Source of the DNA: Octopus sinensis
Lineage: Eukaryota
Direction: 5' to 3'
Length of the DNA stretch: 64,000 bases
Assembly: GCF_006345805.1 (NCBI RefSeq)
Contig: NC_042999.1
Span: 89,466,001 to 89,530,000 of the forward strand
Below, one piece after another: positions 1 to 12,703 of this stretch. The notes beneath the pieces were generated by a model. That model had not been told where the DNA came from. It did no database searches and saw only the letters and a list, made by a program, of their open reading frames with translations. Position 1 is the first letter of the stretch, and the number at the start of each line of letters is the position of its first letter. The translations under genes and the position numbers were made by a program.

Positions 1-4
1 TACG

Positions 5-200
5 GACAAGGCCTGAAATTTGCGGGAAGCGAATTAGTTGTACATCGGTCTCTGTGCTCAACTGGTACTTTTCTATCGACCTAGAAAGAATGAAAGGCAA
101 AGTCGACCTCGGCGTAAATTGAATTCAGAATGTAATGAGTCGAAAGAAATGCCGCTAAGCACTTTGTCCGACATACTAACGATTCTGCTAGCTCGCCACC
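5..200 (-). mobile_element. tRNA-derived SINE family A (Meta-domain-like)
   Basis: Reverse complement of the ggcggcgagctggcagaatcgttagc...gagttcaaattccgccgaggtcgactttgcctttcatcc consensus. Confidence 0.85.
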
Positions 201-654
201 TTTGTTTGGTGCGTAATGATAAAGGCATGACCGAGATAGTTTTGTTTATCTCCAGGTTAGCTTTTGGTGGAGTAGACCTATGTTCAAATGAGTTACATCT
301 GTGATCACCTAGTCTTTTTAGGAGTACGTTGTAGTACATTATTTTATGTATCCTTTCTTTTATTTTAAGATGGTAGTATGATATTTGTGGGAGTATAGAT
401 TCGGCTACTATTTGATTAACTCATGCAAACAAGTACAGGCTCTCTCCGAAGTAGAAGTGTTAGGTGCTACAAAGCGCGGTGTTCATTTAGGTTTAAGAGT
501 AACCATTTACTTCAAAGGAGCAGAACTTGCGTGAAGTAGCTGGATGAAGAAATAGGAAAGCACAACGATGTTAGAGAGTTTGGTAGTTTAGGGTATTGAC
601 TCTGGAGTGGTTTAACAAATTCACTGGGTATCAATGATTAAATGGCTCAGCAAG

Positions 655-750
655 AGCTATAATAGAAAATACTTGCCCAAGGTGCTGCACAATGGGCCTG
701 AACCCGAAGTCACGTTCTTGCAAAGTGAGCTTCCTAACTATACAGCAATG
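655..750 (-). mobile_element. SINE family B (CORE-like) fragment
   Basis: Reverse complement contains caccttgggcaagt. Confidence 0.65.
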
Positions 751-759
751 ACGGCACCG

Positions 760-760
<1 letters not shown>

Positions 761-816
<56 letters not shown>
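761..816. repeat. (TG)n microsatellite
   Basis: Direct reading. Confidence 0.98.
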
Positions 817-818
<2 letters not shown>

Positions 819-823
<5 letters not shown>

Positions 824-1601
824 GTAGGCTGAAAAGTTTATTGGCTGACCACGAAGGAGAGATGCAGAAAAAAATAGTTTAGCCCCCAACGACATTCATG
901 CTAACATGGTTGATGCATTAAGGGATGACGTTCTAGCTTTATCAACAGTGCAAAAGTGGGCAGCTGAATTTAGGAAGGGAAGGGGGAGTTTTAAAGATGA
1001 CCCAAACTCTGAACAACCTTTCACCTGCTACCTCCGAAGAAAACCTTGATCGTGTTCACTACATAGTGATGAATGACAGGCGATTGACTATAAATCAAGT
1101 ATCCAATGCTATGAGCATATCCCATGACTATAAATCAAATAGCCAATGCTAATAGAATATCCCGTGAGAGAGAGAGTTGAGAATATTCTGCACAAATAAC
1201 TTAGCATGACGAAGGTTTCTGCTCGGTGGGTGCCACGTCTTCCAGCACCCGATCAAAAGCGCACCAGGCTGATCACATCACGGGAAAATTTTACACTGTT
1301 TGAGACAGATCTAGCTTGCTTCCTTGAACGTTTCCTAACCCAGAACGAGTGTTAGGATAATCCCTTTGAGTCAGAGACAAAGAAACAATCTATGCAGTCG
1401 AAACACCCCTCCTCACCTGCTCCAAAGAAGGCCAAAGTTGTTTCAAAACATGAAAGCTTTTTTCACCAATGGGATCCAAGCACTTCACCAGTGGAAGAAG
1501 TGCGTGGACCGCAAGGAGAACTATGTTGAAAAATAAACCTCATTTGGTTACACTACATGAGAGTATCTTGGTCAGCCTATGAACTTTTCAACCGACCTTC
1601 G
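819..1601 (+). mobile_element. Mariner, internally deleted, both TIRs present
   Basis: TIRs cgagagtaggctgaaaagtttattggctgacca and tggtcagcctatgaacttttcaaccgaccttcg with TA TSD. Degraded transposase with WAAEF, SARWVPRL and PKKAKVV; catalytic region deleted. Confidence 0.9.
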
Positions 1602-1603
1602 TA

Positions 1604-2126
1604 CGTTACAACACAAAATTATTACAAGTAATTCAAGAACCCCGGTGATAACACAACATTACAGAAATACCTACGCACAATATTTCAGTGGGCTGAAGAA
1701 ACAACATGCAGTTTCAATGGTGAAAAATTTCAAGCACTCAACGATCAGCCTACAGATAGCTTACAGTCGGAATTCACAGGACCAAGGAGTGTTGTAATAC
1801 CAGATTCATGATCGGTGCAGGATCTAGGAATCCATATGAGTAATAATACAGTGTTCCGTGAGCATATTACAGTGTGCAGATTACAGGCTCTTTGGATTAT
1901 GAGATCATTCATAACAAACAAAAGAAACGATGGTTGTCCTATGGAGAACATTCTCCTTAGTTGCCTGGACTATTGCTCCCAATTACAATATCCACACAGC
2001 ATTAAACTTACAGCAGCGATCTCGAGGCAATACTACACTATTATACCAAAAGTGTTGCCTCAGTGCTTTAAGATAGGCTATTGGAAAAACCTAAAACAAA
2101 TAAGGCTCTGTCCCCAAGAACACTGA
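1604..2126 (+). mobile_element. CR1/L2-type LINE, RT C-terminal fragment
   Basis: Frameshifted motifs DLGIHMS, LDYCSQL and GYWKNLK typical of the 3' end of LINE ORF2. Confidence 0.75.
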
Positions 2127-2144
2127 CGCAAAAGTAAAGAGATT

Positions 2145-2185
<41 letters not shown>

Positions 2186-2188
<3 letters not shown>

Positions 2189-2338
2189 ATCCAAACGGAA
2201 AACAGAAAAAACAACAACACGTGGAACAATTACAGTATTATTATTAATAGGCGCTCAGGAAAGATGGAAGCAGGAAGGTATGACGTTTCGAGCGGAGCTC
2301 TTCGTCGGAAACATAAAGAAGGAAGAGAGAGGAAAGAA

Positions 2339-2340
<2 letters not shown>
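2186..2340 (-). mobile_element. Short non-autonomous Penelope-like (pLTR-type) repeat, family H1
   Basis: Homologous to 38585-38726 (shared hammerhead region and tttggattaa end). Flanked by (TA)n on both sides. Confidence 0.6.
2278..2312 (-). ncRNA. Minimal type I hammerhead ribozyme motif (U4C variant)
   Basis: Minus strand reads gttt CCGACGA A GAGC tcc GCTC GAAA CGTC atac: core, 4-bp stem II, palindromic ACGT stem III, GUC cleavage triplet, stem I 3 of 4 paired. Confidence 0.7.
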
Positions 2341-2388
<48 letters not shown>

Positions 2389-2751
2389 TATATATATTAT
2401 ATATATATATATATATATGGAAAGAGAGAGAAAGAGAGAAGAAACATATTGTTTTAAAAATCGCAGAAGTATCAGTAGCAGACGAAAAGCGTCAAGCAGC
2501 GACGGTGAAATTGCTAGATCCGGGATTTCTGCGTATTTGCGCACCTTTGTTATCCGGTATACAGTTAGACAAATTTTGTCTCTACTGATAACAAGTCAAT
2601 AACGTTGCAAATAGCTGGCAGGCTGCGTAAAAATTCGTTATAAGCGGCAGAAGCAGTATTGGTTCAGAATAGCATTCTGTATATCTACAGTCAATTTGTT
2701 CGGTTAAAACCCTTATTTGCTGTGCAACAAACATCTTTCTACTATAGACAC

Positions 2752-2898
2752 AAAACCTGAAACTTAGGAGGAGGGTCTAATCGATTACATTCTCCCAAGT
2801 GCTGAATAGGATGAAAGGCGAAGTCGACCTCAGCAGAATTTGAACGCCGAGTGTAAAACTGGAAGAAATGCCGCTAACGATTCTGGCAGCACGCTACC
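2752..2898 (-). mobile_element. SINE family A, degraded
   Basis: Same consensus with internal deletions. Confidence 0.75.
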
Positions 2899-3099
2899 TC
2901 TGCAAACGTTGTTAATAAGGAACTTTCCAATCAAACGATCATTAAAAAAAAAAAGAAAAATCAGTGCTTGCTACATTTTTTAAATGTAAAATATCAACAA
3001 TATTCTCAAACTTATTCTACTCGAAATATATTTCAGCCATAATTATAGTGATTAATTTGGATGAGTAGTTCATTAAATGCGTGTTTTTTTTTTTGTTTT

Positions 3100-3363
<264 letters not shown>

Positions 3364-4550
3364 ACGTAGTGTGCTTTACGCGTGAACGCTTATGTTTGCG
3401 TCTATGTTTATTATATGAGGGAGTGTTTAAACTGGAACATGAAGAGTTGCTATGCTTTTCTAATCCTATTCTTGAAACTAAGAAACTTCCAATGTGTAAT
3501 GAATACTATGTAATTAATTTTACACGTTAATTATGCACCTATTGCTGCAAACATTACATAGTAAGGGTAACATACACCAAATGTTAACGTATTACGCCTC
3601 CAGCTAATTGCCAGTGAGTTCATATCTGCTGCAAACATTTCAAAGTGGCTCTGATCAGAGTTCTTAAGTCAATGTTTCTCAATTCATTGTTGAGAATAGG
3701 TGCAAAATTTACTTGAGAATGTATATTGCTTATCCCTCGTTAATGTAGCATAAATTCTCTGAGTTAAGAACAGCCGAAAGAAAAACGAATATCAGTGGAT
3801 GGAATTCCAGACCGTAATGTTGCCGAAAAGAAAAACATAAAGATGTAATGCAGTGCTGCCTTAAGGTATAAGTTGACCTCCGAAATAAATTTGGCAAAGC
3901 AAAAGAAAACTACTTTAGGGCTCTGAGATGGCGAACAGGTCCTCTCAAAATGTAAGAGAGCTGAGATTTATATTTGTTTCTTTGCTAAAGAACGGGGCCA
4001 CCAGACAGTCAAAGGTCCCCCCTTAGCTCTCTGGACTCCGAATCAGTTACAGGCTAGACAGCTCTCTTCCTCATAAGCCCTGCACACAGGCACACTGGGC
4101 AGTTAAAGCAAGGGCAGTTATCACACACGTCTAGGGACCCAGTGATAATTTATGTAATCAGTGGTTGTTTATGATTTTCACCATAGGGTGGGGAACTTAT
4201 AATACTATCAAGTTGACTTTGATAAGATATCGATAACTTCTGGTTACAATGTACATAATGCATCTGCCTACGAAAATTCCTGTTACATTCTCTAGGCCAC
4301 AACTCAAGAAAAACTTATTAAATAACTAATACTTTCAACAGTTTTTTGTTGTTGCTGCTGTTTAGAACCAGGTCAGCCCTAAATAGGAAGACCTGTGATC
4401 AATGACGTTCGACCGTAACATCTATGCTTTTTATGTGTATGGAAAACTATATTAGCCATTTGTGCTATTTTGATCTTTAAGAGTGTAGGGTGTGATTTGG
4501 AGAATATTTGTATGTTATTTTTTAACAAGTCAAGCAACTCTGCATGTGCA

Positions 4551-5500
4551 TCGTGAGGGTTGTCCTGAAAGTGGACACAACTTTTTTGATAACTGAATTA
4601 GGTCGTTCAAACTGCATATATGATAGAGTAACTCTTCTTTATTGCAAATTTTCTACTCAGTATAGTCTTCAGGTGATATGATTGCACCATCATTGACCCT
4701 AGCTCTCAAATCTCCTTTGAAAATATTTTGAAATTGCGCTATTGTACCCATTTCTGCCCACTTTGTTGTCGGGTCTCACATTGTCATGGTGAATGTGAAT
4801 CGTTTTCAGATACTTCCTCTAAGTCTTCCTTCCTCCTAATGGCTTTTCGAAACTTTTTTTGAATATCTCAATGACTCACTCGTTATTCACGACACATTTT
4901 CTTTCCAGAAAATCAAGACACTCTTATCATCCCCCATGGTGACTTAGTTTCGATCGCTGAATCTTGAATGTCTTGGGTCCTGGAGAAAAAAGTGATACGT
5001 TGCTCAATGGACTCTTCCTTCGTTTCCAGGTCATAAAGATGCGGCCAATGTTTCATCCTATGTCACTAGATTAGAAAAAAACGATCTTGTTTTTATTGGT
5101 TTCAACTTCTTCCCATAGGTCAGAGCTGACTTCCATTTTTCTCTCCTTCAAAGCAGGTGTCAACAGCTGAGATACCACTTTGCACAGACTTTCCGATACC
5201 CAAAGTCACTATCTTCTGTAACGCATTGTGTCCACATATCAATTATGCAGCATACACATGAATTATGATTCGTCTTTCCCCACGAATCAATTCATTCACT
5301 TGCTGTCAATTCATATCCATGATCGCAGTTAGAGGCCTCCCATTGCATGGTTTGTCTGCAATGCGGGTCTCTACATCTTTAAACTTCAATGTCTGTGCTC
5401 ATTGCTTGTGTCAATGGTGTCATTTCCGTAAACAACCAGTAACGGTCTGTGGATGTCGGACAGCTTGAACCCCTCATCGTCATGATCTCAAAAACAGTAA
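4551..5500 (-). mobile_element. Old mariner remnant
   Basis: TIR-like gtgagggttgtcctgaaagt at the left end. Minus-strand translation gives ADKPCNGRP (HTH linker) and LVT*DE (first catalytic D), with many stops. Confidence 0.65.
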
Positions 5501-6390
5501 GTTGTTTCTGCTTGGAACCCCTTTTGTTTTGGGGTTTTTTTTTTTTTTGCTTTTTTTTCGATAGCAGTGAAGAACTGGAAAAAAGAGTTTCTGTTGAGGA
5601 TGTACAATTTGAATGACCTATATCAGTTAATAAAGTTATATCCATTCTTGTATAACTTTCAGGGCAACCCTTGCTGTTCACGGAAATGATCAGTTCCGAT
5701 AACCACGGGAGCCAGATTAAAAGTCTTAGAGTGTTTAGTTTTCTGAAGTCCAAAGTGACTTTTCAAATCTTAGCGAATCGCAATCGGCTTTATCTTTCAA
5801 GCATCCCTATTCGAGAAATTAAATAGCAGTAATAGGTCACGTGTCAATTCATTCGACCTTACAAAGGTTTCCGCGGAAACTGACGCTGTACTCTGTCAAA
5901 CGAAATCTATTATACATGATTTCTGTTGCTTACATAATAAGCACGTTAAATCTATCGTATGGCTGGTTGTTCACCATGACAGTCACCTGTGGCTTTCAAT
6001 GATGGCTTTCAATCCCTTAAATAGGGTGATTGATTAAATTTTCGTTTCTCAAGGACGATGGGCTCACATCAGATTAAAGAACGTATGAAGAAATTATTTG
6101 CTGTATTAATAGAGCAGAAACTGATTAAAAGTGTGCGTGTGCGTATACGTAAATTTTGTGTTTGAGAGAAGAGGAGAATTCGTGTGTGTTAGTACGCGCG
6201 TGCGTATGCGTGATAAACTAGAAATCTTGCTAAGATAATATTGCATCGTAATTTAAACTGAATACTTTTATACGTAAGCAGTTCTCTGTCACTTTTCTTT
6301 CTCTTTTTCTCTTTCAGTACATACATGTGTGTGTTTATTTATTTGTATACATATGTATGATATGTATTTGTTTATATATGATGCATGTAT

Positions 6391-6439
<49 letters not shown>

Positions 6440-6565
6440 TATACTGTTTTGTTAAGGTGAGGTCAACAAAAAAGTACTCCATCCAGTGAGAGATAAATAT
6501 CATAATGCAAGTTATAAAACCTGCATAACTACGTATCATAATGGTAAGACACTACTAGTAGCTCG

Positions 6566-6598
<33 letters not shown>

Positions 6599-9230
6599 AG
6601 CAGTCCCACGCGACGGAAACCTCAGGTTATGGGAATTCAGGCATACGGAAATTGCTACATGACTATTTTCAGGACATGGTCTGTAATTTCGATCTTACGG
6701 CAACTCAGATAAATGTTAAGAATTTAGGAATCTACATTTTCTTTATAAGGAAAAGTCCGTTTCTCGGCAATTTTGTTAAGCAAAAACTAGCTAACGATTT
6801 CCAAAACTATATTCAGGAGATATTCCTAGATATATGCATACATACATACATACGCGCGCATATATATATATATATATATATATGCATATATGTGTACGTG
6901 TATAAGAGTTTGTGTATGCGTTACGATAAACACTTACAGAGCGTGTGATGGGATTTTTCACTGTGAATGTTAGTGCTTATGTTTGGATATATTATACCGG
7001 GTTACAATATTTAACACACACACACACACACACACACTCTCTCTCTCTCTCTCTCTTTGTCTCTTCCACTGTATCTCTATCTCTTTATACATCTCTATAT
7101 ATGCCTACGTTCTTGTCTGTATGTAAATCAACCTTCACCACCAGTAATATCTGTCATTAGCGTCAACACAACCAGCATCAATACCAAGACCAAAACAACC
7201 ATCACAGCACTGACCAACCTGTCAAATTTTAATGATCTCCCCACACAACAGTAAGAAAAGTACAAACAAAGCAAGTAACTCCCTCTAAAATTACAAAAAC
7301 AAACACGAAATAATATGGTACTACCGGCAGCAACACTGAAAGCATTACAATTCAAGCCACCACCACTATCAAACCAAGCTGGCAACAGCAATAAGGGTAT
7401 CAGCATGATAGCAATGTCTGTAGCTACATATGTTGTATGTCAATAAAAAGGTGTTTATAATTTATGATCTAGAAAGAAACCATTACGTGAAACTAAAGAT
7501 AGTGCGAAAAGGAATCGTAAAAGGATTATACTGAAAATTAACCTTAATCTTTTAAAAGGACGTGATGTGCAAGATTAAAATCACCCATATTGCCGATACA
7601 TTAAAACTTACATTAAAACTTGCAACGCCTACAACTATAAAAAAGATACGTAACAATGGCGAGAAAATTACCTAGAAAGCTCAAGAAGTTATTCCCTTAA
7701 CTTCTTGGACCTTTACAGTAGACCCAACGGTAATGTGTATGGATCGAGGATATTAATCGACGCATTATGCCGATAAGCATGATGATAATTTAAATATAGC
7801 CGAAAGTTTATAAGGTGATTTGCAGTAAAGGATGGTGGACCTTCTAATGAAAATCCTTTCCTAGATTAAGGTATGAGAGCCAAATTATGAAATTAATTGA
7901 TAGAAAGAAAAGACCTAGCTTTAGAGACTTCTGGAAGAAGTTTAACTACTGCATGAGGTAGACAACGTAGTTGAGTCATGTAAAGTAAAATTCTCAAATC
8001 TGAATAGTGCATGGAAAAACATATATAACCAAACTTTATCCATGTCTATCCAAGTTATCAAACAAGCAGTAAGTCTACCTCAAATACAGAAAGATATTGT
8101 GACAAAAATGCTGTAAGGTTCAAGAAATCATAGAGGGTGATGCGGTTGATTGCTAGTGAACCATACAGAAATTTATCTCAGAAAGAGTCGGAACATGAAC
8201 AGGTTGGAAATACAGATGAAAATGCAGAAATTCTACTTAAATCGACTGCAGTGTGTGTGTTTGTGTAACGAAGCAATTCTAATCTGTCAAATAATTTGCG
8301 TTTGCTTCTTGAATATCGCGTTTTGAACTCCCAGTATGCCTCATATATTTTAGAAGGCGAAAGGAAGCTCATTTCACCTTTCTACCATAAACGAAAGCTT
8401 CAACGGAAATTAATATACTCTAGCATGAAATAAATGTGACAGAAATGAATCTAGGGTCCTGGTCTTTAGTAATGAAAACGTGCTTATGAAAAATATTTCT
8501 GCTACAAATAACAATAACAGAAATAATAATAGACTATGAATTTGAGAAACAGCTAACTCCTTGAAGCATTTGGTTTAAACACTTGATAAGTAATCATGCC
8601 GAGACATGTTTGTCAATATTAAGTTTGAGAAACTTGATCGTTGCAGTTAGAGTTAGTCCATAAAGATGAGAAAGCATGATTCGTATGTACATAAACAGTA
8701 ATACATGGTAATAAAGAACGCTGTGAGGTGGGTTATATAGCGTATCTGCACCAGACAGGCTTTATTAAATCATTGGTCAAAGAGCAAGGTCTCAAATTGG
8801 AAAATTCCTAATATAGACAGCGATTTCTAACAACGACACTGTGTCTCTGATTTATAAGAGAAAGAAAGAGGATTATGTAATGTTTATGCTTTTATCAAAG
8901 CAATGATTATCTGCAACCAAGTATTGAAGTCGAATTCCCGATACTAATAGCATGATTTTAAACTACGGTACGCCATTATTAATGAAATGGATGCACTTCC
9001 AAAACATATTTTGGTTTCACTCACGGTAAAATTTTATTGTGGTATAATGTAGTCAACTGAATCGGCCGCACTGTATTACTGGTACTCACTTTATCGACCT
9101 TAAAGAACAAAATCAACAGAGGAGCCCTATGTTGTCGCTCTACCTTTCAGAAATAGCTCAAATCACATGAAAATACTTTTCATTGAATCCGACAAATACA
9201 AATTATTTAATCCAATTTATATGAAATATT

Positions 9231-9438
9231 GGTTTCAAATTTTAGTACAAGGCTAACTTCGAGGAAGGGATAAGTCAATTACATCGATCCCAGTATTCAA
9301 CGGGTATTTATTTTATCGATCGCGAAAGGATGAAAAGTAAAGTCAACCTCGGCAAAATTTGAACTTAGAACGTAAAGACAAACGAAATGCCGCTGAGCAT
9401 TTTGCCCGGCGTACTTACGATTCTGCCAGCTTGCTGTC
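9231..9438 (-). mobile_element. SINE family A
   Basis: Same consensus. Confidence 0.85.
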
Positions 9439-10698
9439 TTGTAATATTAAAATTACAATAAATAATAGAAGTCATATAGTGATAGCAGTTACTCTATTGA
9501 TAACTTTTATCTTTCTATATAAGTACAGAAATAATACAGTACTTTGCCCCATTTTCCAAAATTTGTATTCCTCACTTGAAAGTAGCAAAACTTTTACCCG
9601 TTATAAGAAGTTGAGACTTTTGTCTCCACAGAAAGAATTTATACATAGATAAAAATATTGAGAGCCGTGCAAAAGCAACTCTAGCAAGATGCAGCCCTAT
9701 TTCAGATGTTTTAGTGGTCAATTTGATTTTAAGGTTGATAGGGCTTAGAATTAAAGGTTTCTCTCCTCAGCGATTTTAAGTGCGAAAGATATTTTAAATC
9801 AAATTAGTTTCAAGTGCGTCTGGCAACTGAAATGTAAGATTCATATTACACTACATGAGATTCATATAAGTGAATCAATTATCATTCAAATATAACATTA
9901 GGTACATATTCCATGGCTTTTTAACATTCGGTTCATTTTTATATGTGCAGGAAAGAGACTTTGGTAGGAAAACTCTAGTTCCGTCAACAATTTCAAACAA
10001 CCGTTTGAAATATGATTGTAGCGGTGACAACGCGGTGTATGCAAACCTATCATTGTCGCTTAGAATCACGATAAAAGAATTCAACGAAGTCTTCTCAAAG
10101 ATTATATCTATATCAGTGGGATCTATGCAAAATAATCTACTGAAATTTGTTACTATATTAATTGTTACTTCATTTTAATTTCAAGCCAAGAAAATAGTTA
10201 ATATATAGATTAAAATCATACACTGAAAATCTACGCTACTTCTACACAAAGTAATATAAATGTAAACCGAGTACAAATGTTCATCGATGGCAACTCATAA
10301 GATAAGAGGTCAATAACACACCACACTTATCGGCCAGCAACACAACTGGCACAATTCAGTACTTGCTACTGTTGGTTTTGCTAAGCGGGGGGATTTTCAT
10401 ATCACATAAAGTGGTTTGTAAACAATAAAGAAATGCAGTTAATCCATAGAAATTTACTTTTAAACCTGACTTTGCAAATTGGCTTTATTTTACATAGGTT
10501 TCTTCTTGTGCGTTATAGTTGTGTTTGTAATCATTTAACTGATATGCTTGTGTTGTATGATAAATTATTTTCACTTCCCATGTGTTTGTGATGTTTATGG
10601 TGTGTAATAGGTTCAATTCCCATTCTATTAACGGTCTGATCTCTTTATGTATTCAGCAATGTATGAATACATCAACACTCACACACACACACACACAC

Positions 10699-10729
<31 letters not shown>

Positions 10730-12145
10730 TGTGTATAAACGAAAGAAAAGAGCACCCAATATATTAGTAGATGTAAAATTGATGACTGTCAACGTCCAAT
10801 CAACGAAACTTCATCGGCATGCATGTTTAATGAAACTTCACACATGTTCTACTAGGGAACAGTTTTAACCGCGTATGACTTGAAAGGTAGATCTTAATTT
10901 ATCATTATTAAACTTTATTTTTATCGATCGATGCACGTCCCATGGGAGAAAGTGTTGCAGGCCGCTGGTGTGAGACTCCAAAGTTGAGCACTACTAGTAT
11001 GTAACCATCATTCCATGCTTTTCGCATGCAAGCCAACGTGGCTCGCTATGAGCATTTTATTTTTTTTCACAATGAATTTACCAGCGTCGCTGATATTCGG
11101 TGAACAGCCTCGTAGGAACAGTGCTGGCCATAGCGACCGAAAAGTAGACGCACTACCGCAATGCATATGGCGCCTTGATAATAAGCCAGTCCGAGGTTAT
11201 TTGTTAAGAAAGAAATTTATTACTCGGTATTTCTTTCTTGCAGTAGATGATTGAATGACTGCTACGATTTTCCTTGATTGTCAGATGAAAATGTTTCAGC
11301 AGAACTGTTCGTTTACGACGCTATTGGACTGTTCGTTTACGACGCAGAGAATCAGCGGTCTGCTTCAATATATGAAGTTCGTCAAACAGTCCGACCCTGA
11401 ACGTTTGCAATTTATAAGGCTATAAGAAAACTAAATCAACAGTATTTCAAAACATTGTAAAGCAACGTGTCTTTGGTTTCAGAGCTATCGCATGAAATGA
11501 AACCGAGAATGGAGTTTAGCAGATGTTGAATGTACTGTTTTGAATTTGATAGAGGTGATCTCTGCATAAATTCTCAATATTTCTTAAAACAGAGTGAATA
11601 TCGTTCAATGTTTTCTAACAAAGAATGTTCCCGAAAGAAAAACTAGGCATGAAAATGTAAATTAGTAAGCAATAAACCCTAATTAGAACTGTATAAAAAC
11701 ACTGACCTAACTACATAGAAATCAAGGGATATTTATATTTGCCAACTAAATTTGGCGGTCCAATAGAGGACGGTATTACTGTTTTTTTTAGCCCCAGGAA
11801 GACATTTCCTCCAGTTGGACAACGACATACAGTCTGTGTCCGATTAGTATTTGCGAAGGAGGTCATCGCTCCCATCTCTAGCCAAACGTGATACACATAG
11901 ACCCGAGTTTCTAGGTAGTTACCCGTCTTCAATGTGTGTTAATCTCCAGCTAGTGATGAAGAACTCATTCCACTCGCAACATACTATATCCTTTACTAGC
12001 GACACACTGTCGCTAATTTCGTTAAAAGAGAGATAAGTTACATTAAATCTCTGAGCAAGAGATAAACAGTAACGGTACGGAATCGTAAAATACATTTGCC
12101 ACCTACATATATATATAACCACACACACACATACACGTGTATATA

Positions 12146-12703
12146 CGAGGGCTGTTCATTAAAAATTTCCCCTGTCCCACTTCGCAAGAATCGGGATAAA
12201 CGAAACTTGGCATAATTATTAGTCCTTTTCTACATAGCCACCACCAATGTGACACACTTCTCCCATCGCTTTATGCAGCTGTGAAGACCTCATCTGTTAA
12301 AGTTGATAGGTTGCATCTGGAGCCAAGACTCTACCTCGGAAATAAGTTTATCATCACCCGAAAAGTGCTCCCTCTTCAAAAAAGACTTAGTTGGAAAGAG
12401 GTGGGAGCCAGTTGGTGCGAGAACTGGAGAGTAAGGGAGATGAGGAAAGATTTCATAACTGCAGGAGTGTGCTTTCATCTGGGCAACATGCGCATTGTGA
12501 ACTGGGGCGTTGTCTTGAATGAGACAAACTCCTTTGGTCAGCATGCCACGCCTCTCTACTTTGATGACGTCCCACTATTTCTACAGCAGAGAAGCATAAT
12601 ATGCCCCGTTAATTGTGGTGCCCTTTGCCAGAAAATCCATCAACACTATTCCGCACTGGTCCCAAAAGACCGTGAGCATCATCTTGCCTTTTGAGGGTTG
12701 AAC
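12146..12703 (-). mobile_element. Mariner 3' half
   Basis: TA|cgagggctgttcattaa TIR. Translation includes GKMMLTVFWD, QDNAPVH and PYSPVLAP (YSPDLAP motif). Confidence 0.9.

Noticed and set aside
7128-7430. Thr/Asn-rich ORF-like stretch
   Set aside because: Looks like a decayed (ACC/AAC/AGC)n repeat, with stops and no splice signals.
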